Positions 52,802 to 64,000 of a stretch of 64,000 nucleotides of DNA are shown piece by piece. The stretch is from NCBI GenBank assembly GCA_963575745.1, contig CAUYUJ010000230.1, positions 1 through 64,000 of the forward strand, given 5' to 3'. The notes beneath the pieces were generated by a model. That model saw only the letters and a program-made list of their open reading frames with translations, ran no database searches and had not been told where the DNA came from. This DNA comes from Prorocentrum cordatum. Its lineage: Eukaryota. Made by a program: the position numbers and the translations under genes. Position 1 is the first letter of the stretch. Each line of letters begins with the position of its first letter.

Positions 52802-53423
52802 TGCCAGCTTAAGGGCGCGTGGCAGAATTTGCCTTCGCAATTTCGTGGTCATGGGCATGTGGCTCGTGGTGCCGCTGCCAAAGCTTCCACTCAAGGGAAA
52901 CGCATCATAATCCGTCGTGCAATGTCTTGACGAGCGTCTTCAACATTTTTTTTCGAATGAGGGGTGGTAGGAGGAAGTCATAGGGATTGTGGGGAGGAAG
53001 GAGGATGAGGAAGAGAATGAGGAGGAGGAGGAGGAGGAGGAGGAGGAGGAGGAGGAGGAGGAGGAGGAGGAGGAGGAGGAGGAGGAGGAGGGAACGCAAT
53101 CATCATGAGGTCCGATAGCCGCCGTTATTACACATGTAACAACTGCTGGCCTATTCGTTCGCCGCTGACACTCGCAGTTGCGAGTGCAGCCATGGCTTGT
53201 GCACAAAATGCATTCACATTGACGTGCAGATTTGTATTTGCCTCGGCTCGTCGCGGCTATTCGATGTTCTGGCATGGGCCCGCCATGTTTCTATCACTAG
53301 GCCGACGAGGCTCTGACTGATCGTTGGGGGAGCGGCATCGGGCGTGCGATGTGCACTGCGATAAGGAGGGAACCCATACGCAGCCATAACCCCCTCAACC
53401 ACTACACCGAAATATTCTTCGGA

Positions 53424-53660
53424 CAACACTTGATGAGGCCAGGTCTGCGCGGCCTCGCAGGCACCCATGAGAGAAACCATCTCACACAGGGCTTCCTCTG
53501 GGAAACGAAGCAAATCGTGTGAGCGGAGTCGGTCAACTTCAATCCCTGAGTTACCTATAGTCCGACCACGTGCAGCACGCAGGTCGTCAGGCGTGAGGGG
53601 AGGGAAAGCCTCGTAGCGCACACGCTTTCTGATATCATGGACTAGTGTCTGCAACTCATG
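53424..53660 (-). mobile_element. 5'-truncated upstream piece of the same LINE as 37112-40102 (pre-RT domain 0)
   Basis: PPLTPDDLRAARGRTIGNSGIEVDRLRSHDLLRFPEEALCEMVSLMGACEAAQTWPHQVL continues in frame into LTIGTLLPKK at ~40097. Confidence 0.88.
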
Positions 53661-54120
53661 AGGAGAAGGAGGAGGAGGACCAGGAGGAGGCGGAGGAGGA
53701 CGAGGAGCAGGAGGATGATGATGATGATGATGAGGAGGAATAATACTACTAATAATAATAATACTACTAATAATAGTAGTAGTAGTAATACTAATAATAA
53801 TAGTAATAACAATAATAATAATCATAATGATGATGATGATAATAATCATACCAATACTAATAATAATATGAAGAAGGCTAATACTAATCAGAGAAGCGTA
53901 AGAATACTAATACTGATATTAAGAAACACAATAATAATATTAATGATAATACTAATAATACTAATACTGCTACTAATAATAATAATAATAATAATAATAA
54001 TACCAATAATACGACTAATATCAGTAATAATAATAATATTAATAAGAATAATAATAATAATTGTAATAACAATAATATTAGTAGTATAAATAATAATAAT
54101 ACTAATAATAATACTGAATG

Positions 54121-54201
<81 letters not shown>

Positions 54202-54480
54202 TTAATAATAATAATACTTAATAATAATACTAATAATAATAATACCAATAATACTAATGATAAGAAGAATACTATCAATAATACGAAGAAGACGAATAAC
54301 AAGAATAGGAGGAGGAGGATGATGTGGAGGAGGAGGAGGAGGAGGAGGAGCAGGAGGACCAGGAACAGGAGGAGGAGGAGGAGCAGGAGGAGGACGAGGA
54401 GGAGGAGGATGAGTAGGAGGGGAGGAGGAGGGGGAGGAGGAGGAGGAGGAGGAGGAGGAGGAGGAGGAGGAGGAGGAGGG

Positions 54481-54516
<36 letters not shown>

Positions 54517-55069
54517 NNNNNNNNNNNNNNNNNNNNNNNNNNNNNNNNNNNNNNNNNNNNNNNNNNNNNNNNNNNNNNNNNNNNNNNNNNNNNNNNNNNN
54601 NNNNNNNNNNNNNNNNAGGACGCTGAGAGGCGCGCGGTGCCGCGCCCGCGTCGGCCGCGTCGGGCGCTCCTGTGGTGCGTTCGGTCCGGGTCCCTCCTCC
54701 GACCCAAAAACCCCGGAGCATGCGGCGGAGGAGGAAGACCAGGAAGAGGAGACAGAGGAGGAGGAGGAGGAGGAGGAGGAGGAAGGAGGAGGGGAGGAGG
54801 AGGAGGAGGAAGGAGAGGCAGCAGGAGGAGGAGGGGGAGGAGGAGGAGGAGGAGGAGGAGGAGGAGGAGGAGGAGGAGGGGCAGGAAAGAGGATGAGATC
54901 GAGGAGGAGGGGGATGAGGGCGAGGATAATGGCGAAGCGTAAACCAAGGAAACGGTCGAGGAGAAAGGGGAGGAGCAGAACGAGGTCGGGGAGGAGGAGG
55001 AGGTGGAGGAGGACGAGGAGAAGGACAGGGAGGAGGAGGAGGAGGAGGAGGAGGAGGAGGAGGAGGAGA
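53661..55069. repeat. Compound (GGA)n/(TAA)n/(GAT)n microsatellite region containing the assembly gap
   Basis: Direct inspection. Confidence 0.9.
54517..54616. other. Assembly gap (100 N)
   Basis: Run of 100 n. Confidence 1.
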
Positions 55070-55091
55070 TCCGTAGCCATTTTGGCTCAAG
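55070..55091 (+). other. Perfect genomic DinoSL copy
   Basis: TCCGTAGCCATTTTGGCTCAAG, 22/22. Confidence 0.97.
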
Positions 55092-55174
55092 CCGCTCGCG
55101 CGGGGCGCCCCGGGGCTCAAGCCGGCTCGTCATGTGCGTCCAGGGTTGAAGTTGCTGGAGGTGGTCCGCCGGGA

Positions 55175-56127
55175 ATGGCTGCGGGAGACCCGCGGGGCCG
55201 TGGGCCCAAGCATGTGTCTGGTGGTGAGCGCCGAGGCAAGGCCTGGGCTAGGCAGTCGGCCAGCAACCTTGCTCGCCGCCTGCGTCGGGAGCGTGCGCGC
55301 TCCGCCGACACCCTGACGGTCAGCTGTGCGGTGGACAAGGCCTTCGAGGACATCGGAGGCGGCTTGGACGGCGACATCGTGAGCGAGCTGCGGGAGCGGC
55401 TGGCTGCTCTGGGGCAGGCCCTCCTGCTTCACTGGCGGCTCGATGCAGAGCTCGGGCACCATCGTCATCGTCTCGGCGACGCACTTCGGGAGCTCGCGAC
55501 CATCGTGAAGCTCCCCACCGCACTTATCACAGAGGCGAAGGCCGTCAAGGCGGCAGGCGACAAGGCTCGGCACGAACCGCTGGGCGATGGCGGCGATGGC
55601 ATTCATGCTCGGAAGGCGTTTCCCGAGAATGTCGACGCGCCTGTCTTCGTCCCACAGGGCGACTTCGGGTTCGTGCAGGAGGCCGATTGGGACATCAGTT
55701 GGCGAATGTGCACGTGCGGCGCGACGTTCATCCCCGTGTACTGCGACGCTGCGGCGGCGGTGCCCGAGGCAGACGTGGACGGCGGCGCGCAGGAGCCTGA
55801 GGAGCAGCAGATCGGCGCCATCGAAGCCGCCGTGGCCGCCGTCGGGCAGGGCGACGGTGGGCTGGCGACGCCGCTCGAGAGACCCGAGTTCGGGGTCCCC
55901 CCCCCGATTTGGCGTATGCTGAGGGTGGGGCTAGCGTCACGGAAGCGGAGGTGGCGATTGTCCAGCAGATGCATGCCCAGACCGTCGGGGCCCTCAACGC
56001 CAAGAGGACGAGGAAGTGGAGCAGACTTCATCCCCAGCCGTTCAAGCGGAAGCTGGCCAGGCTGGGGCGTCAAGGAGGGCCCGCGACGGAGGAGACAAAC
56101 AATGATACGTCCTGCAAGCAGCAGTGA
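55175..56127 (+). pseudogene. SL-headed intronless retrocopy of an unknown protein, one probable frameshift at the C-run ~55897-55904; ends CKQQ*
   Basis: ATG 84 nt after the SL; GC3-biased ORF MAAGDPRG...; second frame 55909-56127; putative 3' UTR to ~56313 ending AAAA, then (GGA)n. Confidence 0.65.
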
Positions 56128-56839
56128 CGGTTTGTGTACATCGTGCCAGCCGTGCCGTGTCCGTCATCTCCTCGGCCGTGGTGCTCGTGTCTGGCATGGA
56201 GTTGCACTTCGTGGGCCCCGTCGTTGCGCTCGTCGTGGTCTTCTTCTGATCCGCTTTCGGTGCGTGCCTTGCATTGCGGGACACGGATTCAGAGACTCCA
56301 GAGGCTCCAGAAAAGGAGGAGGAGGAGGCGGAGGAGGAGGAGGAGGAGGAGGAGGACCAGCAGGAAGAGGAGAGACCGAGGTCCCTCTCCCAGCTCGTGT
56401 GGAGCCTGGGCAAGTTTCGGCAGCGCCAGCACCGGACGTCGCCGCTGCCAGAACACGGCATCGAGGACCGTTGGTTCCTCATTGGTTCCCATTCGCGCTT
56501 TTCTCCCTTCCTTTCTTTCTTGTTTTGTATCAGGGGGACCAGTCAAGACAACAACGGCGGCCTTCCCTTCCGCGATGCTCGACCTTTGGGGGCCTCCTGG
56601 AGGTTTCTTGCCGCCACGGCTGGACCGCCTCGAAATCCTGGGAGGAGTCTGGGGATTAATTTTGAACGGATTTGGGCCAGGCGTGAGAGCCACAGTTATC
56701 TCAGCTTGCCATCTTCTGATTCCACTTTTCTCTTGTATGCCAATCGTGTCGTATACGATCTTCTTTATATTATCGTTCATGCTCTTCTCTTCTGTCATCT
56801 TGCACCATTTCGTATTATCGCCTTGCCTCGTCTTTTATG

Positions 56840-57575
56840 TTCTCCTCTCTTCCCTTCTCTTATCATTTCTTCTCTTCTCTTCTCTTCTATTCTCTTCTCT
56901 GCTCTTTTCCCATTGTATCATCTCTTATCTTCTCTTAAATTGTACTATATGTTCGTATAGTAAATGTTCATTTCTTGTCCTGTCTTCTCGTCTTCCTCCT
57001 CTCTTATCAAACCGTTTATTGTATTGTATCATCTTCTCTTCTCGCCTCTTCTCTTTTCGTGTATAATAACATCTTGCATAATCCTCTCGTCTTGTCTTTT
57101 CCCCTCTCGTATGTTGCAGTTTCGTATCGTGTCTTCTCTTTTCTGACCCCGATTCTCTTTTCTTCGCTTCTCTTCTCTTATCTTCTCTTCTCCTCTCCCC
57201 TCTTCTCTTCTCATCCACTATCTTCTCTTAGTTTCTCTAGTTTCTTCTCTTGTCTTGTCTTCTCTTCTCTTCTCTTTTTTTCTCTTCTCTCAGATTCTCT
57301 TCTCTTCTCGCCTCGTCTCGTATCGTTTTGCCTTTTTCTCTTCTCTTCTCTTATCTTCTCTTCGTCTCGTCTCGTCTCGTGTCGTCTCTTCTCTTCTCTT
57401 CTCTTCTCTTCTCTTCTCTTCTCTTCCCCTCTTTTATCGTCTCGTCTCTTCTCTTCTCTTATCGTCTCGTGTCGTGTCGTCTCTTCTCTTTTCTTCTTTT
57501 CTATTATCTTCCGTTCCCTTCCCTTCCCTTCCCTTCTCTGCTCGTCTCGTCTCGTCTCTTCTCCTCTCTTCTCTT
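56840..57575. repeat. (TTCTC)n pyrimidine-rich pentamer repeat
   Basis: Direct inspection. Confidence 0.9.
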
Positions 57576-58039
57576 ATCCGGAAGGGCTTCGCCCCCTGCT
57601 GCCGATCACCTCTAGATCCGAATGGGAGATGTCAGAATCGCGTCGGTGCGTCTCGGCGCTGCCTTGGCGCATCTGGGAACACCATGCGGGCGCGGATAGG
57701 AAACATCAGCGCATATTGAGACGTTGGCGTTATCGAAGGCGCCTACGGCGAATCACCGCTGCCCCTTGCTTTCTGGAATCGCTCATGCGGCCGAGCATTG
57801 TGGCAAGAGCTCTGCCAAGCTATCGGGCCATGTGTTCCCCCAACCGTTGTGGGAACCCTTCGGGGAACACTTGGGGGAGGACGGCGGGGAAGATCAGGAG
57901 GTGGGGGAGGTGGAGGAGGAGGAGGAGGAGGAGGAGGAGGAGGAGGGGGAGGAGGAGGGAGGGAGGAAGACGAGGAGGAGGAAGAGGCGGAGGAGGAGAA
58001 GGAGGAGGAGGAGGAGGAGGAGGAGGAGGAGGAGCAATC

Positions 58040-58826
58040 TTGGGAGCCTCTGGGGGCACTCTTGGGGCCTCCCTGGTGTTTCCTGGGAGCTTTTTTGAAG
58101 TATATTGTGGACCTCCTTGGGCTTCTTGGGGGCCTTTCGGGGGCTTCTTGAATTTTGCTTGTGGGAAGACGAGATATTGTGGGAGCCTTTTGAATTTTTC
58201 TTTGCCTCTCCTCGAACTTTGTAAGGATTACGTGAGGGGGGTGCTTTTGGGCCGTCGTGAAGTCATCGTGGAGGTCGTTGGAGCCATCCTGGCGTGATTT
58301 TCAGGGCCTCTTGGGCCGTCTTGGCCCGCCGGTGGGGCGAACAGAGGCGAAGCCCCACATCCATGAAAGATCGTTGGGACACCTACGATCTTGGGCTTTT
58401 GAATCCCTGCTGGGAACTTCTTGGATCTTGGGGGCCTGCCTCTTGGGGGTCTCCTATGGCTCTTTTGTAAGCCTTTGGGGGCCTCTGGAGGGCCTCTTTG
58501 GCAGTCTTAGGAGCCTTTCGGAGCTTCTTCAGGGCCTCTTTGACCGTCTCAGGGCGTTCCTGGCCCGCCTGACGCCGTCGGAAGCCGTCTTGGGGGTTTC
58601 TCTGGGCCGTCTTGGAACCCTCTCGGGGCGCTTGATGGCCGTCTTGGAGACCATCTTGGGCGTCTTGGAGGCCTCTTGGGCCGTCTTGGGGCCCTCTTGG
58701 GCCCGTCTTTGGGGCCTCTTGGGCCGTCCCGGGGCCGTCTTGGAGTCCGTAAGGGCCATCTTGAGACGATCTTGGGGTTGTCTAGTGCCGTCGGAAAGCC
58801 GAACACAAGGAAAGACATAACAACCT
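58040..58826. repeat. GGCCTCTTGG-family repeat
   Basis: Degenerate 10-mer array ending in the family block GGAAAGCCGAACA. Confidence 0.8.
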
Positions 58827-58863
58827 TCCGTAGCCATTTTGGCCCAAGCAATTTTGGCTCAAG
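58827..58863 (+). other. Tandem SL plus relict SL
   Basis: TCCGTAGCCATTTTGGCCCAAG (21/22) immediately followed by CAATTTTGGCTCAAG (14/15 to the SL 3' 15-mer). Confidence 0.92.
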
Positions 58864-61800
58864 CACCCGAGCTACGCATTTTACCTCCTTCCTCTGTCAG
58901 CCGAACACAAATGTAAAGAGATCACGGCGATCATGCCTGCCGCTTGCCCGATGCTCGTCGGGGCAGTGGGTCTGGCAGCCGTGGCTTCTGGTCAAGGCTG
59001 GGAAGCCACTGCTTACAGCCTTTGGTTGCTTGCGCATTTTCTTGGTTGGGCGAAGCCGCCTGCAGATGTGGGATTGCGGTGTGAGGTCCCCATCTTGACG
59101 TCACCTGCGAATGGAAGCATCCTGGAGGTGCAGGGCTGGCCAGGTCCGAGCGAGTTCAAGGAGCGCTATTTGTGGAGCGGGCCCGTGGTCTTCCGCTGCG
59201 CGGCGACCGCCCAGAATGGCTGGAGCCTCGAGTGTCTGAGCCCGGCATGTTCTGAACCTGGGCACGTGCGTCAGGAAGGTCTAGGGCTTGGAACCCGTGT
59301 CAATGCGTTCATGGCCGCGCTCGACGAGAGCAGGCTGCAGACCATGACATTTGCTGAGTACCAGCGCCTGGTAGACGATGCAGCTACCAACGGCGCGTCG
59401 CCCACTCCATACGCCTGCTCGATGGCTGTGCTGGCCGACCTCAGGAATTGCCAGGACGCGGTGCCCGTGGAGAAGTTGGTAAGCGAGTGCCACAGCCGCA
59501 CAGACGTTCTGCCGCAGGCGCAGCTCTTCTATGGGCCAGGCGGCACCACGTCCTTGGGGCGTCAGTTGGCTATGTTACTGGCGGCAAACAACGGATGGAG
59601 ATTGTGGACAGCGGACGTGGCACGGGCATTCTTACAAGGGCGACCGCCAGAATGAGTATTCAAGGCCAAATTACCACGAGACGCAGCAGACTTCATGGGC
59701 ATCGAACCGGACGCGCTCATGAAGTTGATCTAGCCTATGCGCTGACAAGTGGACGCGCCACGACGGTGGTGGCATCGAGCAGTTGACGACCTCAAGGCCG
59801 GCGGACTCAAGCAACGCCCCCTAGGCCCATGTCTTTTCGGTAGCTGCGACAAGGGCGGCAACTGCGTAGACGATGTGCTCGGATGGGGGAGGTCGCAGGC
59901 CTGGCAACTTCTACAGCAACATCATCGAGGCAGTCAAGAGTAAGTTCCAGTTTTGGAATTGGTTAGAGGATGACAAAATGGGGCATTGCGGATCGGATCT
60001 ACACCAGGCCATTCCGCGGGGCAACAAGCACTCCAACGGCGCGGAGATCAACGTCAAGATGCAGTCCTACGCCTCCAATCTCAAACCGATCACTATTTAT
60101 CAGAAAGACGGCAACAACGACCGACTACTGACGCCTAAGGAGATGCGCCAGCCTTGTGGACTACTTGGAGCTCTACAGTGGACAAGTTCGCAAGCGTGCC
60201 CACGCGCGTCAGCGTCGGTCAGCATTCGCCAAAGGCAGCTTCCACCGGCGACACTGGCGACAGCAAGAGAGGTAAATGGGATGCTAAGGTTCTACAAGCA
60301 GGACGCGGGCGTCGGCCTCAAAATGAAAAAGACCGGCAAGGTTAGCGACATCGTGCTCGTAGCGATGACGGACGCAGCTTGGGGAGTACGACGAGACGGA
60401 TCTAGTCATGGAGGGTATATGATCATGGCACGTCACTCGAAAAACTTGACGGCGAGGACTCATAGTTCTGCGTCGTGGATAGGAAGTTTTTTTGTTCAAG
60501 TTGACGAGGCTAGCCAGGTCATCGCTACATGCAGGATCCCAAGCAAAGGAATCAGGCGTGGACGCAGCATTCGCGAAGCGATTCTGGGTATCCCTCATCT
60601 ACGACGTGTGCGTCAACGTTGACGAGAGCTCGCGCTACGCAGGAGAGTCAGCGCTCGCGATCGCCGCGAAGGTGCTCTACGACGCAGCCAAAAAGGAGAG
60701 CACCACCAGCTCCCAGGGCAAGCGCAACGGCATCGAGATATTGGCGCTGCGAGAACGGATGGAGGCTACACAGACGCAGTGGAAGTGGGTCTCGTCAGAA
60801 CGGCAGTACGCAGATGGTCTCGCGAAGTCAGCGGCGAGGCAGCTCTTCGCGGACAGACTCCGAGCGGGGCGACTTCGGCTACAGCACGACCCCACCTATG
60901 CGGCAGCCAAGAAGATGACTAAGGAGGGGCGACAGGAGGTCATCAGGAACGAACAGTATGGAGACATCGTCGGCTACTAAGGCGAGATCACCAGTCATGC
61001 AGTTGGCAGCTTTTGCGACGTGTTCTTGCAAGTCAGTGGCAACCTATACTCAAGATTTCGACTACAACACATAATGCAAGTACTGCGATAACGAGATCGC
61101 CACGCGTGCGTGGTTGTCTGGGGGCATTCTGGATGCATTAATTATTGCGATGCTCGGAATCGCAGTGGCAGTTCCAGCAGTCTACTATGTATTGCAAGAG
61201 TTTATGGGGCATCAAGACGACTCCAGTATGGAGTGCCAGACCGAGACCAGCAACAAGCGCGAGACGAACGAGGAGACAGCGACGACCAGCATCGACAAGG
61301 AGACGACCGTCCACCCCAAGAAGACGAGCAGCAACCACAAGCAGGTGCGACGGCGGACGGTCGGCGTATCTAGAGCATGGTTACCTGCCGCTTGCAATGA
61401 GATCAGTGGCGGTTTTGTCACAGGACGAAAAGGCCCAAGCGTGCAGGCGAAGTTCCAGTGGAGACGACCACCCAACCATTGACAGGACAACTGCAATCAG
61501 GCAGCAGACGACAGCCCCAGGGGCTGCAGTGAGTGAGCCAGCCCACCGCGGCAACTTTACATTTTTCGTGTTTGTTACGTTCAGCTGCATTGCCAGTTAC
61601 GCAGTCCATGTTTACGCAGTTGTGCATTTCATATTCAGCTTGCAGAGGCAGGTTCTGTGTTTCGGATTTATGCCGTTTGTTTATGCAGCTTTTGCAGTTT
61701 GTGCAGAAGAGGATTTTCGGTGGAGTTTGAGATCTTACACTTCATATCGAAGGGATGGCTTCTCCCGGGTTTAACTTTTATTCTTTCACGGGTGTGATAT

Positions 61801-61930
61801 CTACGCTGCGCATCGTGTATTAGTGTGCAGGGCGTGACTGTGGCATAGTGAGCGTGCCATAGCACTTTTGACCAAACCTTGCCAGGGCCCCTGAGTCATT
61901 CAGCAGCGGTGTGAACGAGATCCCGGATCT
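58827..61930 (+). mobile_element. Decayed Ty1/copia-type retroelement (RT plus RNase H), internally deleted, no LTRs recognised; right end approximate
   Basis: GWRLWTADVARAFLQG; DAPRRWW; GPCLF; CVDDVL (YVDD equivalent); GLLGALQW; AMTDAAWG..DGSSHGGY; AKVLYDA; KWVSSERQYADGLAK, stop at 60980. Confidence 0.88.
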
Positions 61931-61999
61931 TTTTCTTATTTACCATGTTTGTTGCTATCAAAAGGTTTCGGGGGCTCTGATGAGTTCATACTTCGGGCT

Positions 62000-63320
62000 C
62001 TCCTGGAGGAACTCTTGGAGGCCTTTTGGGTCGTCTTGAAGGCCTTTGGGGGGCCTCTTGGGCCGTCTCGTGCCGTCTTGGACTCTCTTGGGTCGTCTGG
62101 GAGGCCGTCTCGGACCATCTTGGGCCACCTTGGAGGTCATGGTGGACCATCTTGGAGGTCATCTTGGGCCAACGTGGCCATTTTGGCGCCATGTTGAGTC
62201 GTTTTGGAAAACATCGTGCAATTGAGGTCCGTCCTGGGGCCCCGGCGGGGCGGGCCGAAACCCCGGTGGGGTTCTCTTGGAAAAAGAACCAAAACCAAAA
62301 CCGAGAGGGTCTAGCACGCCAGGCACCCCTGCGATGAATCGACAGGGGGCGGCGGATCATAATGGCTTTCGGCCCATCCCGCCACCGTGCCTGGGTTTTG
62401 GGTCTGGGGACTCTTGTATATGTGTTGGGGTGTCGTGGGGGGCCTTTCGGGGGCCTCTTGGGCGCGTTTTGGGCGCCTCTCGGGGGCCTCTTGGGGCCTC
62501 GTGGGGTATATTTTCGGCCTCTTGGAGGCCTCCTGGGCGTGTCTTGGGTGCCTCTTGGGGCCTCTTGGGGCCTCTTGGTGGCCTTTTGGGGCCTTTTGGG
62601 GGCTTCTCGGGGCACGTGTAGAATTTTCGGTTCGCGGGGCCTCCCTCTTGCATGTTGCCCCGTGAATGCAGTCTCTTGCGCCGCCAGGCATTGACCTGCG
62701 CTCAGTGTCTGCCTGCTGGCGCGCTTGCATACGCGATGCAGCATTCGCGATGCAGCATTCCACGTTGTTCCTTGGCCGTCGTATCATGTGGAGTTTCTGC
62801 CGATGCGCCGTCTAGGCGCGGCTTCTTGCGTGCGTGCGTTGCGAGTGTGGGCGGCGAAATGCGGCAACATGTTTATGTGGGGTCTGGCTGCCATGTATGC
62901 CTGGATATGGATGGCTCCGCGCAGTGCGTCCGTGCCTGTTGGCCCGCCCGCGAGACAGGAAAAGCAAAGGAATAATGTTCGATTCGTGGCCCCCTGCTTG
63001 TGCCCCTCTTGTGGCACAAGCTCGGGGCCCTCTAAGCCCATATTGGAGGCCTCATGGGCGATCTTGGAGCCCTTTGGTCCATCATGGGGCCCTCTTGGAG
63101 GCCTCTTTGGCTGCCTTGGAGCTTCTCCAACCGTCTTGGAGTGTCGGAAAGCCGAACATGCGAGAAGGCCAACAGCCTTCAACCGCCTACGTGAAATCGA
63201 CGATTTTGGCCTCTCGGGGCTCTCTCGGGAGGCCTCTTTGAGCGCTCGTAGGGCCTCTTGGAGCCCTGCCCTGTTGGGCCATCTTGGAATCATCTTCGGG
63301 CGCCTTGGAGCATTCTTGGC
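62000..63320. repeat. GGCCTCTTGG-family repeats with interspersed unique segments
   Basis: Direct inspection. Confidence 0.75.
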
Positions 63321-63654
63321 CTCGGCAATGCGAATCTGGCGTCACTTGCCAGGGTTAATGAGCTCGAGGACGCGAATCTCGTGTACTTCGCGAGAGATTA
63401 TTGCCTCGGTGGCGCGGATCTTATGTATTTTTACGTGTCCCACGCCCATCGGGACAGCCAGACAATGCGATCTAGGCGTGGTAGCCGGGTTGGCTTGGGG
63501 CCCCCCCCGTTGCACGGACTTCAGCACTTTACAAAAAGGAGGCAGCAACCAGGACCTGTAACAGTGGATATTTGAAACTGCAATTGGCCCAGGGGGCAGC
63601 ACACTTCGGCCTACAGCCTGGTGGCCTCACAGGTGGACTGGCGGAACATTTCGC

Positions 63655-64000
63655 CTCTTCTCTTCTCTTCTCTTCTCTTCTCTTCTTTTCTCTTCTCTTC
63701 TCTTCTCTTCTCTTCTCTTCTCTTCTCTTCTCTTCTCTTCTCTTCTCTTCTCTTCTCTTCTCTTCTCCTTTCTTCTCTCCTCTTCCCTCCTTTTCCCGTC
63801 TCTTCTCTCTTCTCATCTTTTCACCTCTCCCTTCCCCTCCTCTCCTCTCCTCTCCTCTCCTCTCCTCTCTCCTCTCTCCTCTCTCCTCTCTCCTCTCTCC
63901 TCTCTCCTCTCTCCTCTCCCCTCTCCCCTCTGCCCTCTCCCTCCCCTCTCCCCTCTCCCTCTCCCCTCTCTCCTATCCTCTCCTCTCCTCTCTCCTCTCC
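63655..64000. repeat. (TTCTC)n/(CTCTC)n pentamer microsatellite
   Basis: Direct inspection. Confidence 0.97.

Larger units (their letters stand above)
40103..53423 (+). mobile_element. 13.3-kb TIR DNA transposon with 5-bp TSD (CAACA) carrying three decayed genes
   Basis: CAACA at 40098-40102 and 53424-53428. Termini TCCTCAGAACCTTTCTGGGTTATGGGCGAGGGGGTTGTGG and (reverse complement) TCCGAAGAATATTTCGGTGTAGTGGTTGAGGGGGTTATGG match 29/40 without gaps. Excision rejoins the LINE RT in frame. Confidence 0.88.

Noticed and set aside
40103..53423. Polinton or endogenous giant-virus assignment for the 13.3-kb element
   Set aside because: No polB, retroviral-type integrase, packaging ATPase or capsid motifs recognised; termini are not AG-type.
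55070..55140. SL RNA gene
   Set aside because: The SL is followed by CC, not a GT donor and SL intron; better explained as a retroposed mRNA 5' end. The same holds at 24071 and 58827.
56975..58297. 440-aa Leu/Phe/Ser-rich membrane-like ORF
   Set aside because: Translation of (TTCTC)n and (GGA)n repeats.

Overview
Eukaryotic, GC-rich, repeat-saturated genomic DNA, almost certainly from a dinoflagellate: the 22-nt dinoflagellate spliced leader (DinoSL, DCCGTAGCCATTTTGGCTCAAG) occurs perfectly at 55070 and nearly perfectly at 24071 and 58827. The repeat landscape resembles Prorocentrum, but that is inference. Most of the ORF track is noise from microsatellites and satellites. The supportable coding content is: two decayed RNase H-bearing non-LTR retrotransposons, a decayed SL-headed Ty1/copia RT-RNase H copy, an SL-headed retrogene, and one isolated host-like exon with a GC donor. 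The main finding is a 13.3-kb element (40103-53423) with imperfect terminal inverted repeats (TIRs) and a 5-bp target-site duplication (TSD, CAACA). It splits a LINE reverse transcriptase, and removing it restores the RT reading frame exactly. It carries three intronless, same-strand, decayed genes: a RING-H2 protein, a CCCH-finger plus ADP-ribosyltransferase-like protein, and a ~1400-codon candidate DDE transposase. There is a 100-N assembly gap at 54517-54616. All domain calls are by eye and need profile searches.
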